In this document: positions 32,301 to 44,300 of the stretch, piece after piece | Numbering within the stretch: position 1 is the stretch's first letter | Layout: each line of letters opens with the position of its first letter | Origin: an uncultured Planctomycetales bacterium | GTDB lineage: Bacteria; Omnitrophota; Gorgyraeia; Zapsychrales; CAYRXT01 | Direction: 5' to 3' | DNA: 64,000 nucleotides | Assembly (NCBI GenBank): GCA_964428315.1 | Contig: CAYRXT010000001.1 | Location: 18,944-82,943 of the forward strand | Made by a program: the position numbers and the translations under genes | The notes under the pieces: generated by a model | Seen by the model: only the letters and a program-made list of their open reading frames with translations | What the model was told of the DNA's origin: nothing | The model's database searches: none

Positions 32301-35300
32301 GCGATATCGTGAACCGGCGGTATTTTGTCAATTATACTCCCGATGATGTAAAGGCCAGGGGCGTAGAGGTCAGCGGTACAGCGGAGGACGGCTCGCAGTC
32401 CGCCCTGAGTCATCACAACCTGGTGGATTTCCGGTATCATCTCGAACGGGAGGCCTATATAAACAATATGTATAAAAATCAGGGGCCGGCACCGGTCGTC
32501 GAGAGGGACACCTCGATGGCCGATGGTCCCGGTGGCATTACGCATGTCCCGGATATCCGGGTTGAGATGCCGTCTCTGTCTGTGCCGGGATCCGGCCTGC
32601 ACTCAACGGTGCCGTCCTCGTTATGGATGTCGGGGCAGGCGGATACAACAGATCAAAGGACAGGCGGCCCGGGGAATCGCCGGTTGGCCGCCGGGGAGGT
32701 TACGCGCAATACTATGCGAGAGGCCCTTGAACAATACAGCCTCGGCGGTTCGCCGTTGGCTGATTGGCTTATGCGTGAGCAGGCGACGGCGGCAGGTAAG
32801 CCCGTCCGCGCGGACGCGGACCATGCCATGAGCGATGATGTTCAAACAAAGCATACGCTGGGGCTGGGACCTGGGAGCGCGGTCGAAGATTTGACGGAGA
32901 TGTTACGGAAAAAAGCCTTGGAAGAGACAGGCCCATCAGATACCGGGACGGGTTCTCCTGTAATCCGGACCGCCAACGGCCGCGGTGATGTTCCGGTCCA
33001 TACAACACAAATCAATCCAGCACTGGCCTTAGGCGGCTGGAGTGGAAGAAACGGCCGGCCGGGTTTCAATCCAGAGCGGGCCGGAGACGTAACCGGCCCG
33101 ACGACCGGGACGGCCGGATTTGATCCCTCTTCTCTTGCGTCAAATCAAAACGGCAATCAAGAGACCGGAACAAATGGCGCGGATAGATCGGCAAACGCCC
33201 CAGCCGGTCCGGATTTTCAGGATGAATGGAGGGTCATAAAAGTCCCGGGCACCTCCGGCCGGCGGGTTAAGCTGGTGCGGCGGGACGATGCCCAACCTTC
33301 TGTGAGGATGGGCAAAAGAGGGGATCGACCGAATGCATTCCATGATGGCCGTGACTTTGATTTGCCAGATAGGTGGCAGTGGAGCGATGTCGTCCCTGAC
33401 CAAACTCGCGCGCCGGAAATTGCGCCTCAGCCGAAGGCTGTCCCACCGTCTCCCGAAGCCGGGATCGCGCTCATCGCGAAAAACCACGCGGTGAACGGGA
33501 TTATCCCGGTGTTGGACCTGAATTTGCACAACCTATCGTCTGGGCCCGACCGCGACTTCAACAGGGCCGACAACTTCATGGCGGAGGATGTGACGGCGGG
33601 GCTTCAACCGGGAAGTTTGTCGCAGGATCCCACGGACTGGAGGCGGGTGGTGGTGGGGGAAGGGGAAAAAAGGACCTGGCGTCAATTAGGGGGAGGGAAC
33701 AGTGTCGACCAAATGTTTGCTGGCCTTATAGAAAAACCTTACAAATCAAGAAGCATATATGTGCCGGTCATGGAACGCGACTCGAGGCTGGAGCAAGCCC
33801 AAAAGAAGCTGTCGGAGATAGGGGACGGACTGAAAGAATCCCTGGTGGATTTGGCTCCGGATAATAAAAATGTTCAGCGCGTTGCCGCTTCATTTCAATT
33901 CATTCCAGCAGAAAGCTATATAGATATCGTTGAATCCGAACCCGTGCCAGTGGCGGCGCAGTTGTTTGTGCCGAATATTCTTCTTATTCATCCGGCATTG
34001 ATAACGCAGCTGGGGGAACACGGAAGGCTAATCGCTAATCATGAAATCGGCCACGCGGTATCCGATTATCTTTTGCCGGTAACTATGGCGGACCTTAACA
34101 GAAAATTGAAACAAGACTATGCCGAGTGGGTTCAAAAGAATGGTGCCCAGTATGCCCAGTTGTGTATGCAAGATTTTGTTTCTAAGGTGAAAACCGGAAA
34201 TGTGCTTGAGCCCGGCTCTTTCGACAAAAGGACGCACCGCGAAATGACAAACCAATTCACACATTTAGCCCGGCGGGTTGCATATGTTAGTGAATATGCT
34301 GCGGACGCCATGGCGCGGATCCTTATGCTGCGTCAGACAGGAGAGGATATCAATTTGTTGGATTATTTGTGGCAGATCCAGGCAATAATGCGCCAAGAGG
34401 CGACCGCACAAATGCCGAAGGCAATGGCGTTTTGGGCAGGCGTGTCGGATTCTCTGTTGCCTGGGCGGCCATTGTTGCGATGGCGACGGCATTGGGGTGA
34501 AGCTTTTAAGCCGGAGACCAGTCATCCCAGTTATTATGCCAGGCATGTCGCTCTTCAACATTTCGGGACAGATAAGGTTGTTGAAGTGGAGCCACCTGAA
34601 ATTCATGGGGTGGAGGCCCGCGGAGACCACTTCATGGCGGAGGACGCGACACAGGCGCCGATGCCCACTCAAGGAGAGAGTATCCGGGAGTCCTTTCTCG
34701 CGCGGGCCGAATGGGAGCCTTCCACGGTGACGGGATCCTCCTTTCCCGGGGGGGCCGGTGCCGGCGTTCCCGATGACGCTATCGGCGCGGCCGTCCTTGA
34801 AGCAGTTGACGAATATCTGCGGGACACAGCCCGTCTCGGAAACGGCGGGCAGGAGGGGGTCAGGATCGATCCCGCCGGTTCGCCGCTGTTCCTGGATGTC
34901 CCGCGCACGCAAAAGGGCTCCCCTAAGATAAGACCATCCGCAGAAATCATCCTCCAGTATTTTCATGATACTAGTGGCGTCAGGACGGAAATGGAAGGGT
35001 TCGTGGAGGTCCTCAGCGGCTATCGAAGCGATCTCCCGCCAAACGCGCAAAAGAGTCTGGATCATTTGGCCGGGCTCGTGGGAGACCTGCGGGCCGAATT
35101 CGCGCCGGTTTATGGCGAACTCAATAGCAGGACAACCACCGGGCGTGAGAAAATGCGGTTATTCGGCAGGGCCCTTGAGATCACCCTTGAAAAGGGGCCG
35201 GAGATAAAGTCGGCGGCGGCGCGTCTGCAGGAAGCCATCCCGTCAAGCGGCGAATTTGAGGGTCTTCGGGACGATGCCGCGATCGTCTATAACGCGAGCG

Positions 35301-38300
35301 CCGGACTTTACCGCATGGCGGCGCATGCCGCCGGCCTGGGCGCGGAGCGCCGGGTGATGCTTCCCGATGATCCGTCTTATCTGCTCTCTCTTGTTCCCGG
35401 CGCATTTAAAGTGCGGCGAAAGGTCGGAATTAATTTTTCCACAAAGACAAATCAGCCGGTTGTTGTCCCTGCGGGTGCTGTAGGCCTTGCGTTTGGCAAT
35501 ATTAACGATCATGTCTCAAGTCATCCGGAGATAAACCAGTCAGATGTGAAAGTCGGCGTTTCTTTTACCCCCTTGGAAAACAAAGGCAAAGTGAAGCTCG
35601 TGATCAGCGATAACGGGCCCGGGATACCGCCGGCCATTTTGAGCAGAATATGGGATGCCGGCGTGACCTCGAAAGCGGATAGCATCGGCCACGGCCTTGG
35701 GATGGGGTCGATGTTGCGTCAGGTGACAGAAAACGGCGGTCGGATAAGGATCGACAGTACAGCAGGCGAAGGAACGGCGGTTACGATCGAAGCGGAACCC
35801 GCGGCACCCGGTCTTATCGTGAAAGAGATGATATTATCTGCCCTGGAAGGCGATCTTGATTCAGCGCGCTTGTTGCAAGGGGCGCTGGATGCGAAGACCC
35901 TGCCCGCGAGACAGGGAAAGAACTTTCAAGAAGCCCTTGTCCTCGCGGAGCTCCGGCTAAGGAATAGCGGGCTGCGGGAAGAGGCGAACAGCGTCGGGGT
36001 GCTGATGAAGGAGAATCCCGATACATTGCCGGAGGTCCTGCGGGAAGAAAAAAGCGCGGTTGATCCAGCCGGGCCCCGTGTCGTAGGTATGCAAGATATG
36101 ACAGATGGGTTTTTCGGCAGGCCCAGGGCGACGCACGGGCTTTCCGCGCTGGAGGTCCTGCGGGAAGAAGAAAGCGCGGTTGATCCAGCCGGGCCCCGTG
36201 TCGTAGGTATGCAAGATATGACAGATGGGTTTTTCGGCAGGCCCAGGATGACGCGCGGGCTTCCCGTCCCGCAAAAGCAGAGTTTAGTTAACATAGCTGG
36301 CTTAAAAAGCACAATTAGACGGATAGCTGAAAGTGCAGTCAACGATTATTTTGAAAGACAAGACTACGCGCCCGATTCGGAGGCCTCGTTCAGGCTGGAT
36401 GTGGAAAAAACAGCGTTCCTTCAAGGTGTTCAAAGATTAGAGGACGGCACCCTTACCGCGGAGAACGGACGCGCATGGGAAATTGCGAAGAGATTGGACG
36501 CTGTCCTGCATGATCTTAATAAGCCTGTTTCTTCGATGCTTCTTGTTGGTCAAATGCTTGAGTCTTATATGGGCGAAGATCCTTTATTAATCGATGAGGA
36601 ATCCGGGGCTGAGTGGTTGACCTCTGCCTTGAAGAAGTTCGCGGTAAAGTTCAAGGATGCCAGGAAAGCATATCAAGCAGGGGATCGGGGCTTGCTTCAG
36701 CTGGCACACCCCGATGAGGCCGTTATTGACTCTCTGCGCGGTAAAGTGGCATATCTAGAAGGCGTCGTCGACGCCATACTCAAACGGGCGCACCAGGTCA
36801 AGACGACGGCCGCTTATGTCCGGGACTATCTGGTTACGAACGCCGGGGGCTCGGAGGAGTTTGAAGACAGAAAAAACATGAAGGATTTTTTGACCCGCCT
36901 TGAGAAGGCGGCCGAACGCTCGATCCAGATCGCGCGTCAGGTCGCCGGACTGAGCGCGGAACGCAGAACCGTCATATCAACCCCGGAATGGCTGAAAGAA
37001 AATATATTCCTGGCAGGCCCTGTAGAGAAAATGGCCGGGGAATTAAAAATCGATTCGCAGATCGGGCCAAGGCCCCTTTTGCTTAATCCGCGGGTTTTTG
37101 ACAATCTTTTTTCTAATGTATTGGATCACGTTGTCCCTGGACGGGAAGGAAGCATCAGGGTCGACGTTTCTTATCAGCCCGCGGAAGGCCAGGACAATAT
37201 GGCCAAAATCGTTGTCTCTGACAACGGGCCGGGCCTAGATCCAAGCATCCAAAATCCTGAAGATATTTTTAATTATGGACGGACCACCCGGGACAGCGAA
37301 GCAGGCCACGGCATCGGAATGTATTCGGTGCGGTCCCTGGTCGAACAAGCCGGGGGACAAATCAGGGTCAGGAGCACTGCGGGAGAAGGCACGACGTTTA
37401 CGCTTCTTGTGCCGGTCGCGAAGGAGGAAGACATATTTGAAGAGGCGCTCCAGCAGGCCATGGAGGGCAATACGCGTTCAGCCTTGGAGTTGACGAAAAT
37501 GTTGAGCCTAGGTCCGGACTATTTTAGCGCTCTTGATAATGTTGAGCAGGCTCTGATTAATCTGGAGGAGAAGCAACAACAACCCGTCTTTGATTTGTAT
37601 GCCGCATTCCCGGAGTGGTTTTCACGTAAAGAAGAGACGCAGGACGTCGAGGCGGTCCCCGCCGACCACGCCATGGCCGATTCCGGGCCGGATGAGGTGC
37701 CGGCACTGGTGGTCGTGGATGCGATGGAAGGGCGGCCGGCACGCATGAGCAAGGTCTTACGGTCGCTCGGCATCGCGGCGGCGGTTACGTTTTTTACATT
37801 GCTTCCCCCCTTAAACAGTATGGCGCAGGATAAGATCGCTTTGGGGCAATATTCCACACAGGACGTCGCGGAGGTTTTCGCAAGGCAGTTGAGGGATGTT
37901 TTGGAGCAAGCCGGACATCCCGCGTCTGTCAGGCAGGCCCTTCTTGGCTATGCGTGGAAGGCCGGCTTTCCGGGTGAAGATTTTGCCGGACTCAGCACTG
38001 AGGAAAAAATAGACAGGACCGTCAACAGGCTGATCAGAGAGACCTGGGGTCTGCGTCCTTTGCCTCTGGCCGAGATTCCCTCAAATGTTGAAGAACAGGA
38101 AAAATATAACATGCTGGAGTTGGAGCCCATCCGGAACAATCAGGCCCTGTGCATGGCCTTTGCCGACGCGGTCGTGTCATACCTCAGGGCCGCGGATGTG
38201 GACGCGACGCCTATGAAAATACCCGGCAGGGGTTCACTGGGGCATCACGTGGTCGCCGTGAGAGACGGCGCATATGGTTTTATCATTGACCCGGCGGTCG

Positions 38301-41300
38301 TGGGTGACGGCCCGGCTATCGTCAGCAAACGGTTCGTCTGGGATGAGGCCTTTACGCTCGGGGAAGACGGTTTCTATGTTATGAACCCGGACGCGCCGGA
38401 TATCTTCCATGAAGGGACGGTCAGGGATCCCGCGTATTACGCCCGATTAACTGAGGTGTCCGGTAAAAATACCATCGGGATCAAGAACCGTTATGAGGAG
38501 CAATTGGATAAGGCCTGGGAACTGCAGGCGGCCGGTGTAGAGAGGTTTAACACAAATAAGAAAAAAGGTAACCTGCCTGAGAAAATCGCAGTAGCTCAGG
38601 CAGGGCTGGAGCAGTATACCCTGGCGGTCCAAGCTTTTCAAGAGACAAAAGAATGCTGGGAGGAAAACAGCGAGGCATTACGCGAACGGTATGTGTTTCC
38701 CGATGAGGAGGAGGGTAATCTGCGAGAGGTTATCATGTCCTCGCAAGCGAACATGGCAAAGATGACGAAGTTCCTCGAGTATCTTCAACGAGAGCAGGAA
38801 AAGATATCCCAGGTGGCCGCCGAACATGCCGCGCCGGAATCCGACAACCACATGGCGGAAGACAACGCCGAGCCGGATTATTATGATTTAGAGACACTTA
38901 TTAAGGATCGGGCCTACGGCTCATGGACGGTCTCGGCCGTTCGCGAAGAGCTGAAGAAGCTCCTGGCCATGAAGAGATGGATGATAAACGCCGTGAGGAT
39001 CGATCCCCTGACCGGGCTTTACAATCGGGCCGGTCTGGAAGAAAAGCGGAACCGGTTGAGAGAACTGCTGGCGCGCGAGGAGGAAAACCGGGCCCTGGCG
39101 CACTTGATGCTGGACATTGATTATTTCGGGGCCTTTAACAAGATTTTTGACCAGGAGACGGGCGACAGGGTTCTGGAGGGTTTTGCCCGTGCCATTAGAA
39201 GGACAATAAGGGACGGGGACGTGGCGGCGCGTGTCGGAGGCGAGGAGTTTTCCCTCGTCCTGCCCGGAACGAATATGGAAGAGGCGGAATCGCTTGACCA
39301 ACGGATCCGCGAGGAGCTTGCCGGAACAGAGAATCCATTATTCGGGGATCTTAACAGAAAGCAGTTTGTTCAGTGGCGCTTGAACGGGGTGATGCGTAAG
39401 ATAAAGGAAAGAACGATCCGCAATAGTGACGATATCAAAAACATAAAAGCCGCCCTTGTTCACCAGCTCCATGTCCAGGATATCCTTGAAAAGGAAAAAG
39501 CGGAGAAAATGGCCATACACGAACTTCCCATCGGTAAGTTGCGGAAATGGGTCGTGACCTACAGCGCGGGCGCGGCGGAGTACAGCGAATTCCAAGCGGC
39601 AGGAAACGCTTTGCGGTTCCTTGACGCCGCGGCGGATCGGGCTCTGTATGCGGCCAAGCAAGGTGGCCGCAATAAGACGGCCCGGTTCCAAGGCACGATT
39701 GATAAGTTTGAAGAGGAGAATGAAATATCGCCGGCCGGGCCCGCTTCTGGGGGGCTTGAACTTTCCGGAATCGACTGGGCCGATAGTGAAGTGGAGAAAA
39801 AAAGAAAAAAGACGCTGATTCGGGATATAAACAAGGTGAAGCAAGACCTGCAGGTCCTTAGGCCTTTGACCGAGACGGATCCTCTCACCGGCCTTGCCAA
39901 CAGAAGGGGGGGTGCCTTTTCTTTCGCCGCGACGCGGTCTCTGCTTGCTCACGCCTTGAGGAAACGGCATCTGTCCATAGCCTTATTGGATCTGGACCAT
40001 TTTAAGGTTATAAACGACATTTTCGGCCATGACGGGGGAGACCGGGTCTTGAGTTTTCTGGGAAAAGTTTTGGGGGATAAGATTCGGGGCATGGATCTCG
40101 CCGCAAGGTTCGGGGGCGAGGAGTTCACCCTGGTCGCGCCTCATGCCCGTCCGAGCGAGATGGCGGGGGTCACAGAGCGGATAAGACAAGCTTTGCGCAA
40201 TGATTCTCTTGTTCCGGACTTTTTGAGCGACCGCGAAACCATCCATACAAGGATTAAAGAGATCATTAAAAAGGGCGACACGAGAGATATGAGCAAAACC
40301 GCCGCCGCGGTCAGGCTTCAGTTGATCACGCAGGGGCTGGCCGAAGCGGGGGATCTGGTGGACAAAGGACTGGAAGACTTGCCATGGCATAAACTTGAAA
40401 AATGGATCGTGACCTTCAGCAGCGGTATCGCCGGTTATTCCGTTGCTCATAATCGGGAGGAAGGCACCCCTGCCTGGCAGGAGGCAGGGAAGCGTGCCGA
40501 AGAGAAGCGCAAGGAGGCCAAGCACGGGGGCCGGGACACTGACGAGGTAGACGATAGTGGCGGTTTCACCGAAGATGTTCAGGCAATAGGCGAGGTTTGG
40601 TTCGACGAAAACAACAGACCACAGGTAAAATTACCATCCCCCGACAATGACCGTGACGTTAATATGGCTGAGAGTATTGAAGCCGGACAAGCGGCAGGTA
40701 CGGCGGTACGGAACACCGGCTCAGTATCGTTGGGCGGTCCGGGAAAGCTTCCGCCGGGCAGTTCGGTGGAGACGGGTTCACGGCCGCCTACGCCGGAGGA
40801 GTTGTCGGCGCATAGGGGAGATGCGGGATCTTCCGGGCCACCCGCATGGGCCTCTCATCCCGCCGTGGGGGACAAGGGTCCCTTGGGCAGTTCAACCTTT
40901 AGCACGGTCATGCCGGTGCGGAAAGATGACGGTGCGGCCGGCGATGTCGGCAGTACCGTGTTCATGGGCAGTATGCCGGTGTCCATGAAGCTTCTGGCCC
41001 GGGTGACCGCCGATGCCGTGGTTTCGACGGCGGACCTCAGGGAAGATATCCTGCGCATCCTGGAGAAGGACCCGCGCACGCTGATCCGCTATACCCACAA
41101 CGGCCGCGATTTCTACGCGCTGACGCGCGATGAACAGGGCCGCGTCCGGGTCGAATCCATAAGCCCCGACGACGTGCTCGCCGAGATCAAGGCCAAGAAG
41201 CAGGTCGCGCTGTTGGCCAACCCGTACACCCTGTACCCGGACAACCCCGATTATCCCGAACACGTGGACACCCCTGTCAGGCAGGCCGTGGCCGCGGCCG

Positions 41301-44300
41301 AGCAGGTCAATGAGGACATCTTCGGCGTGTTTGCCGGCCGGCAGAAGCCGGGGCGCGGCGCCGCGCGGACCGGAGGACAGGCCGGTGACGGCACGTTTGA
41401 GGCCCCGGGCGCGCTTCCCGGCGAAACTCCTTTTATCCCGGGAACGCCCGCCATGCCGGTCAACCCGGTCAGCCCGGTCAATCCCCTGCTCCACATGGGC
41501 ATCATGATCTTCGGCATGATCGGCGGCGGCGCGGACGAGTTCCTCGGAAGGACGCTGGGCCGTTCACAGAAGCATAAGAGCCGGCAGAGGGGCCTGATCG
41601 AACTGGCGGCGCGCCGTATCAGCAAAAACTTCGCAGAGGAAGCCCCGGTCACGGTGAGGGACGTGGACACGGGCCTTGTGCCTGAAGAGAAAGAATTTTT
41701 GTACATGATGGAGGAGGACACCAATTTCGCCCTCCGGCTTCGGGATAAGATCATTGTCCCTCCGGAACCGGGGAAAGACCACGATCCCCGCGGCCCGCCG
41801 GAACGCCCTGAGCGCGATGTCTTTATGGTCGAAGATGTCCCGCCTGCTCTGCCCGGGAGCGTTTTCTCCAACGTCAGGCCCATCGAGAAGGTCGAAGTCC
41901 CCGCGTCATTATATCCTTACGAAGAAAAAATCAAACCGGCCGGTCAAAGAAGGACCCAGTTCTCCGAGATCGATGCCGTCGACAAAGCGTCCGACCTCCT
42001 TGACGGGGCCGCGAAGGCCGGCGACATATCAGACGAGGTGCGGCACATGTGGGTCCAGTTATTCGAGCTGAACAGCGATGAGGACGGAAAGCTGTTGATC
42101 GGCTACCGCCCGGACCAGATCTTCCTCGACCAGATCCTCTTTGAAGACAAGATCGGCATCCTCGAGAACGCCAGGGGCAAGTCCGCCGTCCTCGCGAACC
42201 AGTCCATCCGCAACGTCCGCAAGGGCCATAATACCCTCCTGGTTGCCAAGAACATCGCGCAGTATACCGGAGACGCCGACGCCCCGTTCGTCAAGAGCTG
42301 GAACGAGACGGCCCGGCATATCCTGAAAGACGACGGGGCCGCCTTCATGGACCTGGACAAACTCTTCGAGACCTGGAAGAAGGCGAAGGGTCCGGAGCGG
42401 GACGAACTCGAGAGGGAGATGCTGGAAGCGCTGAAAGATCCCCGGAAGGTCAAGGTGGTCACGAAGGATACCATCGGGTACATGCTCCTCCATTTTATGA
42501 AATACGGGGAGTTTGAGCTTTTGGGCGCGCTGACAAAGCTCGTGCTGGAAGGCAAAGGCGTCGTGGACGAGATCGACGAGGTTTACCTGGCCACGGTCAA
42601 GAGCTACATCATTGCCCTGGGTTCCGGCGAGGAGATCCCGGCCCTGGTGCGGATGCACGAAAAACAGCTCGAGAAGCTCTTCAAGCGGCTGAACATGGAG
42701 GGCAGCAGCGAGCCCCACGCCTTCGACCGCGATTCGCGCTGGCCGGTCATCCACCGGGCCGAGACACCGGAAGAGTTCGAGGCGTACCAGAAAAAGAGCA
42801 AGCTGGCCTATTACGCCGGTCCCACGGGCGGCCCCATGGTCACCGGCCACCACGATTTTCTCCTCACCGAGGCCGTGTACCAGCACCGGGCGTTCAGGAA
42901 CATGTCGAGGAACATGGTTTACCAGGCCGCCAAGGCCAAGGTCGAGCCCCTCACGGCCAACATCACCTTCGCGGAGGACGAGAACGGCAAGATCGTCAGG
43001 CTCGGCCACCAGGAGATCGCCGGAAAGCTCGTGGAGAACATGCGCGTCTCCAACATCCCCTACATGGTCATCAAGGCCAAGCAGTACGGTGTGAATATCA
43101 AGGACCTGCCCTTCTCGGAAGGTTCGTCGCTTTCGGTGGCCATGACGCACGCCTTTTCCAAGAACGTGGTCGGCGTGTCCGCGACCAACATCGGGCTGGT
43201 CGCCTTGCTCGGCCTCACCGGCAAGCGCATCGCGGTCATCAAGTCGAGCGACATCCTGGAACAGATCGCCATGTCGCCGGAAGACCCCGGTTATAAGACA
43301 AAGTACGTGAAGATCGTCCATGACGACGGCGCGGACGTCCAGGATGAAAGGCTGAAGACCCTGGTGCTGGAGAAGCTGGGCAAGGGCGGATTTTCCGATG
43401 GAATATACTGGGAATTCTCCATCTTCGCCGCGAAGCCGGACGAGCGCGAGCGCGTCAGGAGGGCCGTTAACGCGGCGATTGATGCCACCGTCAAAGGGGA
43501 TGACGGTCAGGGCCTTGTCAAACCGGTCCTGGTCAACCTGTCCACGAACACACCGGAAGAAGACAAAAAGCTCATCGCCCGCAACGAAGAACTGCCCACG
43601 GACACGGAAGACGAGAAACTGAACCGGACCAACAAAGAAAAGAACAGGCGCTACCGCCTCGGCCACCCCCGCAGGATCATCCTCTGGTCCTTCGACGCCA
43701 AGAAGGCCCTCACCGTGAAAGGCAAGAGGAGCGTCAACATCCAGTTCGGCCTGGACGACACCCTGGACTCCGCCGCGCACGGCTCCAAGCGGACCCAGCG
43801 CGACGATGACGACATCGAGGGCGAGCGCTACCTCTTCCTAGAGACCGGGGCCCTCAAGAAGAAGCTGGCCACCGTGCCGACCGTGGTCCTCGCCTTCGAA
43901 GAGCTGATCAATAAAAACCGTGACCTCCTTGAAAGGCTCGGCCTCGGGGAGGACGTCCTCAAGGAGAACGTCCACGTCTTCATGGACCATTTCAAAGGAA
44001 AAGTCCTTGGCGCCGGCCTCCTGGAGAAGGAGGAGTTCACCCGCCAGGAGATGATCGAAATGTACACGGCCCTGGTCAGGTACAACACCATCCTCCAGGT
44101 CAACGTCACCACCAAGGCCAGGATCAACGCCCTGAACAAGGACACCCGGATCGTGGACCGCGTCCAGGAATGGATCGAGAGGAACAAAAAACTCCTGTCC
44201 CAAGCGGAGGAGCGGCACGACAGGGACGGGGTCAAAATGTACAAGAACAATGCCGCCATCCTGGAGACGCTTTACCGCCAGGTCACCTGGGGCCTTTTTG

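Noticed and set aside
36031-36270. Tandem 120-bp repeat as a CRISPR array
   Set aside because: It has only two copies, no unique spacers, and it is in-frame coding sequence.
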